Made by a program: the position numbers and the translations under genes | Shown here: piece by piece, positions 9,535-20,511 of the stretch | Position numbering within the stretch: position 1 is the stretch's first letter | How the letters are laid out: each line of letters begins with the position of its first letter | The notes under the pieces: model-generated | Told to the model about the DNA's origin: nothing | What the model saw: the letters and a program-made list of their open reading frames with translations, nothing else | Database searches by the model: none | From: Thermodesulfobacteriota bacterium | GTDB lineage: Bacteria; Desulfobacterota; Binatia; Bin18 | DNA: 64,000 nucleotides | NCBI GenBank assembly: GCA_964291405.2 | Contig: OZ219926.1 | Location: forward strand, 2,528,001 to 2,592,000 | Reading direction: 5' to 3'

Positions 9535-10410
9535 ATGAAGCCGCCGCCGTTTGCCTACCACGCGCCGACGCAGCTTGACGAAGCGCTCGCTCTCCTGGAG
9601 CGCTATGGAGACGACGCAAAAGTATTGGCCGGCGGGCAGAGTCTGATGCCGCTACTGAATTTTCGGCTGAGCTATCCGTCCGCCCTGATCGATATCAACC
9701 GCGTGGCAGATTTATCGTATCTGCGGCAAGAGAACGGACAGGTCTGCATTGGCGCGTTGACCCGTCAGAGAACGATTGAGTTTTCGGAGCTGGTGCGCCG
9801 CCAGCTTCCGTTGCTGTATGAGGCAACCACGCTGGTCGGCCATCTGCCCATCCGCACCCGCGGCACCATCGGCGGTAGCCTGGCCCATGCCGACCCCGCG
9901 GCGGAGTATCCCACTGTTGCGCTGGTTTTAGACGCTGAACTGATCCTTCAGGGACCGAGCGGACAGCGAAGCATCTCTGCCGAAGAATTTTTCGTAAGCT
10001 ATCTGACAACCGCTCTCGCGTCGAACGAGGTCGTCACCGAAATCCGCTTTTCACCCACTCCGCCAACAAGCGGTTGGGCGTTCGAAGAAGTTGCCCGGCG
10101 GCACGGAGATTTCGCCCTCGTTGGCGTTGCTGGCGTGATTGATGCGGAGGGCGAGCAGTGTCGGACCGCGCGTCTGGCTGCCGCTGGAGTCGGGCCAACT
10201 CCAATTCGTCTGCGTGCCGCAGAGGATATCCTGGTGCAGGAGGGCGTGACTGAACAGGGCATTCAGCGGGCGGCAGCCAAGGCAGCCGAACTCGTTGAAC
10301 CCGATAGCGATATTCACGCCTCCACAGATTTTAGGCGTCATCTAACCGAGGTGCTGACCCGTCGGGCGATTCAGCGGGCACTCGAGCGCGGCCAGGAGCG
10401 CAGGGCATGA
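9535..10410 (+). CDS. Xanthine dehydrogenase/CoxM-family FAD subunit
   Basis: MKPPPFAYHAP, AGGQSL, RGTIGGSLAHADPAAE, RRHGDFA. Confidence 0.93.
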   Translation: MKPPPFAYHAPTQLDEALALLERYGDDAKVLAGGQSLMPLLNFRLSYPSALIDINRVADLSYLRQENGQVCIGALTRQRTIEFSELVRRQLPLLYEATTLVGHLPIRTRGTIGGSLAHADPAAEYPTVALVLDAELILQGPSGQRSISAEEFFVSYLTTALASNEVVTEIRFSPTPPTSGWAFEEVARRHGDFALVGVAGVIDAEGEQCRTARLAAAGVGPTPIRLRAAEDILVQEGVTEQGIQRAAAKAAELVEPDSDIHASTDFRRHLTEVLTRRAIQRALERGQERRA

Positions 10411-10949
10411 GCGAGCCGAACGAACACAGTCAGGCGAGACCGATCACACTCCGCGTAAACGGCACGGAGCACCGGGGGCAGGTGGAGCCGCGCAAACTGC
10501 TGGTCGATTTTCTGCGTGAAGACTTGGGCCTGACCGGCTCTCATGTCGGCTGTGAACACGGCATCTGCGGGGCGTGTACGATCCTCATCAATGGCGAAGC
10601 CGCCCGCTCGTGTCTAATGCTGGCCGTTCAGGCCGATGGCGCGGAACTGATGACCGTTGAGGGCTTGGCCCCTCAAGCGGGCGAGCCGCCCGCGCTCCCA
10701 GGAAAGACTGGCCAACTCCATCCCCTGCAAGCAGCCTTTTGGGAACACCACGGTCTTCAGTGCGGTTTCTGTACGCCGGGGATGCTCATGACTGCGTATG
10801 ATTTGCTCCAGACAAACGCGACGCCGAGCGAGGCAGAAATCCGCGCGGGCTTATCCGCGGTGCTGTGTCGCTGTACGGGCTATCAGGGGATTGTTGAGGC
10901 TGTTCAGGCCGCGGCAGAGACGCTTAAGTCACGCGGAGAGGGGCAATGA
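10407..10949 (+). CDS. CoxS-family 2x[2Fe-2S] subunit with 11-aa repeat-derived insertion
   Basis: GCEHGICGAC, QCGFCTPG, LCRCTGY; ATGA overlap with upstream gene. Confidence 0.95.
   Translation: MSEPNEHSQARPITLRVNGTEHRGQVEPRKLLVDFLREDLGLTGSHVGCEHGICGACTILINGEAARSCLMLAVQADGAELMTVEGLAPQAGEPPALPGKTGQLHPLQAAFWEHHGLQCGFCTPGMLMTAYDLLQTNATPSEAEIRAGLSAVLCRCTGYQGIVEAVQAAAETLKSRGEGQ
10674..10705. repeat. Palindromic REP-like element inside the 2Fe-2S gene
   Basis: GCGGGC-GAGCC-GCCCGC-GCTCCCAGG encodes AGEPPALPG where the window paralogue has only DGDS. Confidence 0.65.
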
Positions 10950-10967
10950 GGATGGAGCGGGACAGGA

Positions 10968-11009
10968 AACCCACCCCGGCGCTACGCGCCACCCCTCCGA
11001 GGAGGGGAT
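10968..11009. repeat. Intergenic REP-like double hairpin
   Basis: CCACCCC-GGCGCTACGCGCC-ACCCCTCC-GA-GGAGGGGA between small and large subunit genes. Confidence 0.6.
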
Positions 11010-11030
11010 GTGTTGGGCTGAGGGAGTAGC

Positions 11031-13397
11031 GTGGAAGAGTTGACGCCCAAATTCGTTGGTGCACGGGTGAAGCGACGGGAAGATCAACGTCTGCTGACCG
11101 GCCAGGGCGCGTATGTGGATGATCATCACCCGCCGGGTCTGCTCCATGCCGCCTTTCTGCGCAGTCCGTATGCGCACGCACGGATCACCCAACTCGATAT
11201 CTCAGCCGCCCAGACGCGTGAGGGCGTTGTCGCCGTCCTCACCAGCAAAGACCTTGTTCCGCTGGTCAAACCGGTTCGCGCCGCCTCAAAAATGCGGGAG
11301 TACAAGGAGACCAGCTTCCCACCCTTGGCCGTTGACAAGGTGCGGTATGTCGGCGAAGCGCTCGCCGTGGTCATTGCGGAAAATCGCTATCTCGCCGAAG
11401 ACGCCATTGAGTGGATTCGCGTTGAATACGACCCGCTGCCGACCGTGGCCAACGCACCGGACGCAGCCCAGCCGGATGCACCCCTGCTGCATGACGAAGC
11501 CGGGAGTAATGTCCTCTTGTCGCGCGAGTTTGCCCGAGGCGATGTAGATGCGGCACTCGCCGGTGCAGCAGTGCGGGTACGTGATCGGTTCCGGTTTCAG
11601 CGACACGCCACCGTGTGTATGGAAAATCGTGGCTGTCTGACTGACTACCATGCCGGTACGGAGGAGCTTACGCTGCGTTCCGCCACCCAATGTCCGGGCC
11701 TACTCCGGGATGCCTTGGCCGATCTGCTGGATATGCCCGAGCATTGTATTCGCGTGGTCGCCGCCGACGTGGGGGGCGGGTTCGGGGCCAAGTCTTCACT
11801 CTATCCCGAAGAGATTGTTCTGTGTGTGGTCGCCCGACTGCTGAAACGGCCGGTGAAATGGATCAGCGACCGACAGGAAGACCTCAAGACATCGACGCAG
11901 GCCTGGGATGAAATCGTGGATGCTGAACTGGGCCTTCAGGCTGACGGCACCATTATCGGTCTCAGAGCAGACGTGACAACGGATATTGGCGCGTACTCCA
12001 TTTATCCCTGGACGGCCACGGTTGAGCCGATCCAAACCATCAGCTTTCTGTCCGGCCCATACCGGATGCCGCACTATCGGGGACGCAATCGCGGGGTGGC
12101 CACGTGTAAGGCGCCGATGGGACCGTACCGTGGGGTGGGCCGTCCGATTACGACCTTTGTGCTGGAAAGTTTGATGGACCGGGCCGCGCGCCGGCTGGCC
12201 CTGGACCCGGCCGAACTGCGGCTCAAGAACTATATCCGGGCCGACGAATTTCCGTACAAAACGCCGTCCGGCCTTGTGTGGGATCAAGCCAGCCTGACCG
12301 AGTGCATGCAAAAGGCGCGGGACGTACTGGATTCTGACGCGACCGCACAGTGGCGCGTGCAGGCACGCGCCGCGGGGCGATGGGTCGGCGTTGGCTTTGC
12401 CACCTATATCGAACTGACCGGGGTAGGGTCGGCTATTCCCGTCTCACCGGGCATGCCGATTGCGACCGGAACCGAGGCCGCCTTCCTGCGCGTCGATCCG
12501 GCCGGGACCGTCATCGCCACCTTCAGCGTCGCCCCTCAGGGGCAGGGCCATGAGACCGCGCTGGCCCAGGTGGTGGCGGACGCGCTGGGCGTTTCCTTTG
12601 ACAGTGTTCGGGTGATCTGCGGCGACACCGCACTCGCGCCCCAAGGAACGGGAACCTATGCCAGCCGGAGCGCCGTGTTAGCCGGTGGCGCGGCCATACG
12701 GGCGGGTCAGGCGCTCAAGGAAAAGGCGCTGAAGATTGCCGGCCACATGATGGAGAGCAATCCGGCCGATCTGGATATTCGAGACAACCAGGTTTTCCTG
12801 CGTGACAAGCCGGAGCGCCGTCTGCCTTTTCGTGATGTCGCGAAGACGGCCTATGCCGGTCTGCGACGGCTGCCCAAAGACATGGAACCGGGGCTGGAGG
12901 TCACCCGCTTCTACGATCCGTTCTTTGGGACGGCTTCAAGCGCCACTCACGCTGCGGTCGTGGAGGTCGATACCGAGACGTACGCGGTCACAATCAAGCG
13001 CTATATTGTGGTTGAAGATTGCGGGCGTATCATTAACCCGCTGATCGTTGATGGCCAGGTCCGCGGCGGTGTGGCCCAGGGCATTGGGGCCGCTCTGTAT
13101 GAAGAAGTGGTGTACGACGACGAAGGTCAACTGCTGACCGGCTCGCTGATGGACTACCTCGTCCCAACCGCCTCCGAACTCCTGCCCATAGAAGTCCATC
13201 ACATTGAAACGCCCTCCCCGACTACGCTGGGCGGATTTCGCGGCATGGGAGAAGGCGGCACCATCGGTGCGCCGGCCGCGATTGCCAACGCGGTCTCCGA
13301 CGCCCTGGCTCACCTGGGCATAGAGATCAACGAGATTCCGATGACTCCGGAGAAATTGTTTCGGTTGGTGCGGGCGGCGGGGGCTGATGGGCGTTAG
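11031..13397 (+). CDS. Xanthine dehydrogenase/CoxL-family molybdopterin-binding subunit (not form I CODH)
   Basis: [29 protein letters not shown] motifs; lacks AYXCSFR. Confidence 0.93.
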   Translation: MEELTPKFVGARVKRREDQRLLTGQGAYVDDHHPPGLLHAAFLRSPYAHARITQLDISAAQTREGVVAVLTSKDLVPLVKPVRAASKMREYKETSFPPLAVDKVRYVGEALAVVIAENRYLAEDAIEWIRVEYDPLPTVANAPDAAQPDAPLLHDEAGSNVLLSREFARGDVDAALAGAAVRVRDRFRFQRHATVCMENRGCLTDYHAGTEELTLRSATQCPGLLRDALADLLDMPEHCIRVVAADVGGGFGAKSSLYPEEIVLCVVARLLKRPVKWISDRQEDLKTSTQAWDEIVDAELGLQADGTIIGLRADVTTDIGAYSIYPWTATVEPIQTISFLSGPYRMPHYRGRNRGVATCKAPMGPYRGVGRPITTFVLESLMDRAARRLALDPAELRLKNYIRADEFPYKTPSGLVWDQASLTECMQKARDVLDSDATAQWRVQARAAGRWVGVGFATYIELTGVGSAIPVSPGMPIATGTEAAFLRVDPAGTVIATFSVAPQGQGHETALAQVVADALGVSFDSVRVICGDTALAPQGTGTYASRSAVLAGGAAIRAGQALKEKALKIAGHMMESNPADLDIRDNQVFLRDKPERRLPFRDVAKTAYAGLRRLPKDMEPGLEVTRFYDPFFGTASSATHAAVVEVDTETYAVTIKRYIVVEDCGRIINPLIVDGQVRGGVAQGIGAALYEEVVYDDEGQLLTGSLMDYLVPTASELLPIEVHHIETPSPTTLGGFRGMGEGGTIGAPAAIANAVSDALAHLGIEINEIPMTPEKLFRLVRAAGADGR

Positions 13398-13741
13398 TCT
13401 TCTTCCAAAGACCGCAGAAGCAGGTTGATACGCTCCGCCAACTCAGGGGCCTCATGAATGGCAACATCCCACACGATACCATAGTCTGTCCCGGTATAGT
13501 CATGAATGAGCCGGTCACGCATTCCCGCTATGCTTCTCCATGGAATATCTTGATCAAGGTCTCTAATATCTTGAGGGATCCGTTTAGCTGCTTCCCCAAT
13601 GATCTCCAGGCTTCGGACAAAGGCGCGTTTTGATTGTTCGTTATCGAGGAAGTCAGCAAAAGAGAGCTGATTCACATGCTCAATCAGAAACGCAGTTTCT
13701 TCGAGGATGTCGCGTAAGAGTTCAGTGACCAAGCGAGGCAT
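13394..13741 (-). CDS. hepT: HepT-like HEPN ribonuclease toxin (DUF86)
   Basis: [24 protein letters not shown] (RX4HXY). Confidence 0.9.
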   Translation of the reverse strand: MPRLVTELLRDILEETAFLIEHVNQLSFADFLDNEQSKRAFVRSLEIIGEAAKRIPQDIRDLDQDIPWRSIAGMRDRLIHDYTGTDYGIVWDVAIHEAPELAERINLLLRSLEED

Positions 13742-14008
13742 AGCGAACTGTCGGTAGAATAATCTTCGCCTTTCGCTCCGAGAGCGCCTGATCTGTTACC
13801 AGGTCGATCTGTCGCTGTAGCGCCGTTTCTAGTATTTCGTATATGGCGTTGAAGTTTCTAAAAGTTCGCTGCGCCTCGTTCAACTCGACGTACACATCCA
13901 CATCGCTCTTCACGTCGGCCTCATCCCAAAGATCCCTATTTTTTTCACTCCATGAGCCCTGAGCGCTTCAGAATGGCTTTCAAGCAGTTCGATAATATCG
14001 TTGCCCAT
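13722..14008 (-). pseudogene. mntA: MntA-like minimal nucleotidyltransferase antitoxin, frameshifted
   Basis: MGNDIIELLESHSEALRAHGVKKIGIFG then other frame DEADVKSDVDVYVE; the S..R of GSX10DXD is missing near 13928. Confidence 0.8.
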
Positions 14009-14058
14009 TGCCTTTCTTTCTAGCACAGCTCAACTCCCAGGAGGAATACAATACCGCA

Positions 14059-14817
14059 TTACGTCCTCGTATACGAAGCGCCATTCACATCGACAATTGT
14101 CCCGGTTGCAAAATTTGCTTCGCCTGAGGCGAGGAAGGCGACGATGGCAGCCACCTCTTCTGGCTTGCCCACTCGGCCGAGTGGGCTCTGTTGGCGGATG
14201 GCTTCACCGCGGGGACTGGCAAGAATGGATGCGGACATATCGGTTTCCACAAAGCCCGGCGCGACAACATACACAAAGATGTTATGCGGGGCGAAGGCCT
14301 GGGCCAGCGATTGGCTCATAGCGTTGAGGGCGGCCTTACTCGCCGCGTAGGCAGGCGCTTTTGGCGTTCCCCGAAAAGCGCCCCGTGAGGAGATATTCAC
14401 CATTTGCCCTCCGCCGTGTTCCGCCATATGCCGGGCGGCCCAGAACATCACATTGGCCGGGCCGACCAGGTTCGTATCAAGCGAACGCTGCCACACGTCG
14501 TTCCATACCTCGTAGTCAACCCGAAGCGGCGGCTGCCACTCGTTGATAGCGGCGTTGTTCACAACAATCTGGAGTCCGCCCATTTGGCTGAGCACGGCAG
14601 ACATCAGCGCCTCCACGGCCTGTGCGTCGGCAAGGTCGGCTTGAAAGATCTGATGAGGGCCGTCAGGCAGGGTCGCCAGGGTGTGCTCGGCCGCTTCCTG
14701 GTTTTGATTGTAATGAACGGCTATATGCGCCCCTTCTTGGGCCAGTTTGAGTGCAACGGCTCGACCGATACCCCGTGACGCGCCGGTCACGAGCGCCACT
14801 TTCTCTGCTAGGGCCAT
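14059..14817 (-). CDS. Short-chain dehydrogenase/reductase
   Basis: TGASRGIG, NNAA, YAASK; start MALAEK after AAGGAGAGAGG. Confidence 0.93.
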   Translation of the reverse strand: MALAEKVALVTGASRGIGRAVALKLAQEGAHIAVHYNQNQEAAEHTLATLPDGPHQIFQADLADAQAVEALMSAVLSQMGGLQIVVNNAAINEWQPPLRVDYEVWNDVWQRSLDTNLVGPANVMFWAARHMAEHGGGQMVNISSRGAFRGTPKAPAYAASKAALNAMSQSLAQAFAPHNIFVYVVAPGFVETDMSASILASPRGEAIRQQSPLGRVGKPEEVAAIVAFLASGEANFATGTIVDVNGASYTRT

Positions 14818-14836
14818 ACGCCTCTCTCCTTCTATG

Positions 14837-15911
14837 CTAGGCGGCTTGTGCCTCACGCTCAGCCACCAGCGCCCGGATTCTCGGGATGAGCTCTTGGCCA
14901 AATTCCGTGACGTCATTAAACGGGTCAAATCCACGGATGAGCACGCCGCGCATGCCCAAGTCGTAATAGGCGGCGATGGATTCCGCGACTTGCTCAGGAG
15001 TCCCGACCAATGCAGTGGTATTACCGCTTGCCCCGGAGATCTTCACTAAGCCCATCCATAAGCGTTCGTCATAGACCTCTTGCTCGTCAGCCAACCGGGT
15101 CAGGCGACGGCTAAACTCGGCTTCGACTTTGAGCGGTAACTGGGGGCTAGATTCTTCTAAACGAGCCAGGACCCCACGCGCCTTGTCCCAGGCTGCTCCC
15201 TCAGTCGGCGCAATAATCGGCCGTAGAGACACATTAAAACGGGGCTGGCGGTTATACCGTGCCGCTTCTGCGGAGATACGGTCCATCATGGCTTTCAGCG
15301 AGGCGCGTGGCTCGCCAAAGAGGGCATACACATCAGCATGCCTGGCTCCAACCTGAATCGCAGCGTCGGAGGCCCCACCAAAATAGATGGGCACATGGGG
15401 CTGCTGGGCGGAGCGGACTTCAGAGAAAGCTTTCTTGACTGAATAATAGCGTCCCTCAAAGTTGAATGGCTTATCAGACGCCCACATCCGGCGCAGGATC
15501 TCCAGATATTCTTCTGTCCGGACATAGCGCTCGTCATGACTGAGCCAGTCACCGTCACGTTGTTGCTCAGCATCGGCTGTCCCCGAAATAATGTGTAGCC
15601 ACAGCCGTCCGCCTATCAGTGTATCGCACGTGGCGGCCAGTCCGCGTAGCGAGGGTCGGCATGACAAAGCCAGGACGGTGGGCGACCAGAAAGTTGAGCC
15701 GTTCGGTGTGGGCGGCAGCGTATTGGGCCACTTGAAAGCCTTCGGCAGAGGAGGACGTGTAGCCGACTAATACGGAGTCAAAACCGGCTTGCTCATGCGC
15801 CTGGGCAAAACGGCGTAGGTACTCCCGATCAATACCACCACCAATAACGTGTACCGTAGCCCCGCTAGCCGGTGGGGCCACACCGATCATGCCAAGGATA
15901 TTCATGGGCAT
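14837..15911 (-). pseudogene. LLM-class flavin monooxygenase (SsuD/SfnG-like), +1 frameshift near 15640
   Basis: FLVAHRPGF..PTLATR joins AATCDTLIGGRL..HIISG if one G is removed; YFGGASDAA, ALVGTPEQVA. Confidence 0.85.
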
Positions 15912-15921
15912 ACGACATCCT

Positions 15922-16170
15922 TTACATACTTTCCTTACGTTTCTGACGAATCAGATAGGTACACCGGCGCGTACCCGCCAGGATGTAGTCTGTTCGTTCG
16001 ACTGAAGCCGTTCTACCAAGTGCTTTTTGAAATACATCGAGTTCGGACTGACACAAGTCCTGACATTGTTGGGCGGTAGCACAAATCGGACAGTAGTTCT
16101 CTAATAAGAGAAAGATCCCGTCTTCATTCTGCTTCCAGTCTGCCATATAACCTTCGGCATCCCGAAGCAC
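15922..16170 (-). pseudogene. C-terminal fragment of ArsR/SufR-like HTH regulator
   Basis: LRDAEGYMA...ENYCPIC..A..C..LC.SEL..F...RC Cys pattern; N-terminal HTH absent. Confidence 0.65.
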
Positions 16171-16296
16171 AGCCAGCCACTTCCCTCCTGTTTCCCCTCT
16201 CCCTCAGGCAGAGGGCGATCTGTCCGTGTATTCTTCGATAGGACTCTTCCGGGTACTTAAGGGCGCTCAGGCCGTCCCTGGCGCTATCTTATGCTG

Positions 16297-17142
16297 TTAA
16301 TCGCGCTCAGCAACCCAACGGAGCATGGCCTGGAATTTCTCCGCTCCGTCCTTGAGTGAGGCTGCCACGTCGGTGAGGTCATCGTAGTAAGTCTTCTCTG
16401 AATTTTCTTCCAATGCAAGACCAGCCCGGTAGCTGTCGAGTGCTCCGCGTTCGAGCAGGTCCTTATAGCGTTTCACCATTACCGGATGGTTTTGTGACAT
16501 GAGACGCGCGATGTTCAAGCTCTCGCGGTCCAGTTCTTCGTTAGTCGCAAACACCTGTTGCACCAACCCCCAGTTAAAAGCGAGTTGAGCGTCTATCGGA
16601 TACGCTGCCATGGTCGCTAGCTTGGCGTTATTCATACCACAGACCTGGGTGAGCCGCTGCGAAATACGGCGTCCGGGATGTACCCCATATTTCGCGTGAT
16701 TGTCCATAAACACTGCACGCTCCGAGGCAAGTAAAACATCGCAACACAACGCGATCTCGAAGCCGCCCGTCACCGCTGGCCCATTGACTGCACCAATAAT
16801 TGGGAAAGGGCACTCCCACATCGCCCGAAACGGATCGCCAGCGGGAGTGATTCCCGCTTCCAGATATTCATCCAGCTTTCCAATATCGAGACCAACGGTA
16901 AACGCACGGCCCGCGGCACGTAAAATCACAGCGCGGACTCTGTCATTATTGGGGTCAGGGTTGCGCAAGGCTGTTATGCCGTCGAAAGCTTCTGCGATCG
17001 CGCGCATAAAACCGCTACTGAGTACATTAAATTCCTTAGGGTTATTCATTGTGACGACAAAGAGTCCCTCGCCTCCGTTCACTTCGTCTACGAGGACACT
17101 CTCGTTGTCGCCATAGCTGGCTATGCGTGTTTGATCTGTCAT
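16297..17142 (-). CDS. Enoyl-CoA hydratase/isomerase family
   Basis: AFTVGLDI, PIIGAVNGPAVTGGFEIALCCD; GGAGGT RBS. Confidence 0.9.
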   Translation of the reverse strand: MTDQTRIASYGDNESVLVDEVNGGEGLFVVTMNNPKEFNVLSSGFMRAIAEAFDGITALRNPDPNNDRVRAVILRAAGRAFTVGLDIGKLDEYLEAGITPAGDPFRAMWECPFPIIGAVNGPAVTGGFEIALCCDVLLASERAVFMDNHAKYGVHPGRRISQRLTQVCGMNNAKLATMAAYPIDAQLAFNWGLVQQVFATNEELDRESLNIARLMSQNHPVMVKRYKDLLERGALDSYRAGLALEENSEKTYYDDLTDVAASLKDGAEKFQAMLRWVAERD

Positions 17143-17317
17143 TTCATCACCTCCCGCTTATTACAGATAATCGGCCCAAAGTTTTGGTCCTCGCGTATAA
17201 GTCTGAGTTGTAGAGAGAATCAGAAAGATGGAAAAGCCCACAATATATCGGACACCAACAGGGACATGAGTCGTTGCATACGGGTTAGACACATCCGAGG
17301 AGGCAGGCTATTTCATT

Positions 17318-17349
17318 GGGGGTTAGGGATTAGGGGTTGGGGATTCGGG
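17318..17349. repeat. G-rich heptamer tandem repeat (GGGGATT-like)
   Basis: GGGGGTTAGGGATTAGGGGTTGGGGATTCGGG upstream of mrpA. Confidence 0.55.
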
Positions 17350-17399
17350 TCCCTTGCTCAGACTGTTCCGCAACCAGTAAGCATGGAGAGGTGAACGGA

Positions 17400-20141
17400 G
17401 TGCCTGGATTCCTCATCATCAGCCTGATTCTCCTCCCGTTACTCGGCTCACTCGTGTCATGGCCGGAGCGGTGGCGCCAGCGTCTGGCGCCGGCCTATGC
17501 CCTGGTCCCGATTCTTCAACTGCTGATCGTCATCTCGCTCTGGGCAACGGTCCAGGCAGGGGAAGGGATTCAGTGCTCCTGGCCGTGGGCTCCGAGCCTG
17601 GGGCTGTATGTGAGTTTCAGTCTGGACGGCCTGAGCTGGCTCTTCACCGGTCTGATCTCAGGCGTGGGCGTATTTGTTTTCATCTATGCCGCGTTCTACA
17701 TGGCTGACGATCCCACGCTGTCCCGCCTCTACCGTTTCCTGCTCTTGTTCAACGCCGCCATGATGGGTGTTGTGCTGGCCGACAACCTGATCTTATTGCT
17801 AGTCTTCTGGGAATTGACGAGCGTCTCGTCGTTTCTGCTCATCGGGTTCCGCTCACATCGGGCTGCTGCCTGTGAAGGAGCGATCAAGGCGTTCGGTCTG
17901 ACGGCGATCGGCGGTCTGGTCATGCTGTTCGGCATTTTAGCCGTATATGCCGAGCATGGGACGTTCGAGCTGTCGGTCCTGCTGGCAAATTCCTCCTCCA
18001 TATCCACGGCAGCAGGGCTGTGCTTCTTGGTTGGTGCTTTCGCCAAGTCGGCCCAGTTTCCGTTCCACATCTGGTTGCCGTCGGCCATGGAGGCACCGAC
18101 CCCGGTGAGCGCCTATCTGCACGCCGCCACCATGGTCAAAGCCGGTCTCTATCTGATCGCTCGGCTGACGCCGTTATTTGCAGATGATCCAACCTGGTCC
18201 GCCACGGTGACCAGCGTGGGGACAGTCACCCTGGTGTGGGGCGGGGTGTTGGCCTGCAAGCAGGTCGATCTCAAAGCCCTGCTGGCCAACTCAACCGTGA
18301 GCCAATTGGGGTTGATCGTCCTCCTCCTCGGCCTGCAAACCGAAATCGCGCTCTTTGCGGCCGTCCTGCATATCCTCAACCATGCGGCGTTTAAGGGCGC
18401 GCTGTTTCTGACGGCCGGGACGGTCGAGCACGAAGCAGGGACACGCGACCTGCGCCGGCTCGGCGGCCTGCGTCCCCTCATGCCAACCTTAACGCTGGCG
18501 GCGACCTTGGCCTCACTGTCCATGGCCGGCCTGCCGCCCCTGGGCGGCTTCCTGAGTAAAGAATTATTCTATGAGGGCGTCCTCGAAGCGAACCTGCTCC
18601 TCACAACACTGGCCGTCACTGCCAGTTGTCTGACTTTTTTGTACTCTTTCATTTTCTTTCACGGGACATTTTTCGCCCCGGCCTCCCATCCGTCTGAGCA
18701 ACCGCATTCCTCCCCTCATGCTGAGCATCACTCTACACTTGGTCTGATTGCGCCAATTGTCGTTCTGAGCGGCTTGGCCGTGCTATTCGGGCTCGTTCCC
18801 GGTCTGGCTGAAGCCCTGGTGACGCCGGCTTTTCGTGTGATTCACGGGGCTCCACCTCAGCTTCATCTTGCCTTGTGGCACGGTCTGACTCCGGCTCTGG
18901 GGTTGAGTGTGCTGACGATTGTCCTGGGGGGCGGCGCCTTTTTGCTGCGGCAGCGTTTTCTTCAGGCTGCACGCGAGTACCGGGCTGCGTATTCGTTCAA
19001 CCGGGTGTACACCGACGGCCTGACCGGCTTCACTCATCTCTTCCATTGGACACGGGCGCTCTACATGACCGGCTCGGTGACCGACTATATCCGCTATCTC
19101 CTGGTCGCCCTCATCGTGGGGCTCAGCATTCCCTTGTGGAATTTCTTTGAGGAGATGGCTCTCCGGGTGGATATCGTCCGCCCGGAATACCATGAGCTTG
19201 GCTTGGCCGGACTGATGGCGGTCGCCGGTATCATGTGCTGCCGGACTCGCTCGCGGATTGTTCTCGTGCTGTCACTCGGTCTGGTCGGCTCGCTCATGTC
19301 GATCTTTTTTGTACTTTTCAGTGCGCCGGACCTGGCCTTAACGCAGATCTTGGTCGAAGCGGTCAGCCTCGTCCTGTTTCTCCTGGTTCTGCGCTACTTC
19401 TCGATGATCAGGCCGCAGCCATACGCCCCGCGCGCGCGCCTGCTTAATATCGGTATCAGTGTGGGCACGGGTCTCGTGGTGGGCCTGCTACTTTTTGCGG
19501 CGAATGTCGGTCCTTCCATCCCTTCCGTTATTCCGTCCTACTATCTGGCGAACAGTCATCTGTTGGCCGGCGGGTACAACGTGGTCAACGTGATTCTGGT
19601 TGATTTCCGTGGCTTTGATACCATGGGAGAGATTACGGTGTTCAGCGTTGCCGTCCTTGGCGTCCTCGCCCTGGTCGAGCTGGGCGTCCGTGGGCAGCAG
19701 CCCTTGGGCACTATGTTTATGGTGTCCTTCCCCTCGCCGATTCTTCAGTCGTTTGCCCGGCTCACCCTCCATCTGATGCTGGTCTTTGCCCTTTATCTGT
19801 TGCTACGCGGCCATAATGCGCCGGGGGGCGGATTTATCGCCGGTGTGCTCACCGCGGTGGCGATGACGTTTCAGATGATGGCTTTTCACGCGGAATCCTT
19901 CTCGCGCGAGATGCCCTGGAAGCCGCTCCAGGTAGTTGCGGTCGGGCTCCTGCTGGCCGCCGGCACGGGTCTTGGCTCTGTATTTATTGGCTATCCGTTT
20001 CTGACCAGCGCGATCGGCCATTATACTTTTCCGCTGCTCGGTGATGTTGAACTGGCCACCGCCATGGGTTTTGACATCGGGGTGTACCTGGTCGTGGTTG
20101 GCACCTCGCTGGGCATTATTCGGGCCATTGCTGAGGATTAA
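17400..20141 (+). CDS. mrpA: Mrp Na+/H+ antiporter subunit A (MrpA-MrpB fusion)
   Basis: [53 protein letters not shown]; start GTG 17400 or 17391. Confidence 0.95.
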   Translation: MPGFLIISLILLPLLGSLVSWPERWRQRLAPAYALVPILQLLIVISLWATVQAGEGIQCSWPWAPSLGLYVSFSLDGLSWLFTGLISGVGVFVFIYAAFYMADDPTLSRLYRFLLLFNAAMMGVVLADNLILLLVFWELTSVSSFLLIGFRSHRAAACEGAIKAFGLTAIGGLVMLFGILAVYAEHGTFELSVLLANSSSISTAAGLCFLVGAFAKSAQFPFHIWLPSAMEAPTPVSAYLHAATMVKAGLYLIARLTPLFADDPTWSATVTSVGTVTLVWGGVLACKQVDLKALLANSTVSQLGLIVLLLGLQTEIALFAAVLHILNHAAFKGALFLTAGTVEHEAGTRDLRRLGGLRPLMPTLTLAATLASLSMAGLPPLGGFLSKELFYEGVLEANLLLTTLAVTASCLTFLYSFIFFHGTFFAPASHPSEQPHSSPHAEHHSTLGLIAPIVVLSGLAVLFGLVPGLAEALVTPAFRVIHGAPPQLHLALWHGLTPALGLSVLTIVLGGGAFLLRQRFLQAAREYRAAYSFNRVYTDGLTGFTHLFHWTRALYMTGSVTDYIRYLLVALIVGLSIPLWNFFEEMALRVDIVRPEYHELGLAGLMAVAGIMCCRTRSRIVLVLSLGLVGSLMSIFFVLFSAPDLALTQILVEAVSLVLFLLVLRYFSMIRPQPYAPRARLLNIGISVGTGLVVGLLLFAANVGPSIPSVIPSYYLANSHLLAGGYNVVNVILVDFRGFDTMGEITVFSVAVLGVLALVELGVRGQQPLGTMFMVSFPSPILQSFARLTLHLMLVFALYLLLRGHNAPGGGFIAGVLTAVAMTFQMMAFHAESFSREMPWKPLQVVAVGLLLAAGTGLGSVFIGYPFLTSAIGHYTFPLLGDVELATAMGFDIGVYLVVVGTSLGIIRAIAED

Positions 20142-20144
20142 TCC

Positions 20145-20477
20145 GTGGAATTCGTAATTATCAGCGTGATCGGTGTCCTCTTTGGCTGCGGGACGTATTT
20201 GATCCTGCAGCGGCATTTATTACGGGTGGTCGTGGGCTTGTCCTTATACTCACACGCGGCCAATCTCGCGCTCATGATCTCGGGCGGTCTGAAGCGGGGC
20301 AATCCTCCTCTGCTCACGACCGAGGCACCGTACGTTGACCCACTCCCCCAGGCCCTCATTTTGACCGCGATTGTGATCAGCTTTGGTATGACGGCCTTTG
20401 CCACGGTCTTGGCCTTTCGGGTCAGACAGGTGTACGGATCGGATGCAGTGGACGAACTGGCGGGGGGAGAAGAGTGA
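20145..20477 (+). CDS. mrpC: Mrp antiporter subunit C
   Basis: DPLPQALILTAIVISF. Confidence 0.95.
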   Translation: MEFVIISVIGVLFGCGTYLILQRHLLRVVVGLSLYSHAANLALMISGGLKRGNPPLLTTEAPYVDPLPQALILTAIVISFGMTAFATVLAFRVRQVYGSDAVDELAGGEE

Positions 20478-20510
20478 GGGGGCTCGGGGGAAACCTCCCC
20501 CGCAAAAAGA
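20476..20510. repeat. Intergenic palindromic repeat, sister of 47266-47299
   Basis: GAGGGGGCTCGGGGGAAACCTCCCCCGCAAAAAGA. Confidence 0.7.
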
Positions 20511-20511
20511 T

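Noticed and set aside
11031-13397. Aerobic CO dehydrogenase (coxL form I)
   Set aside because: AYXCSFR absent here and in both AYRAPG paralogues
17318-17349. Telomere-like TTAGGG / functional G-quadruplex
   Set aside because: Better explained as the heptamer repeat family also seen at 52201-52281; no evidence of function
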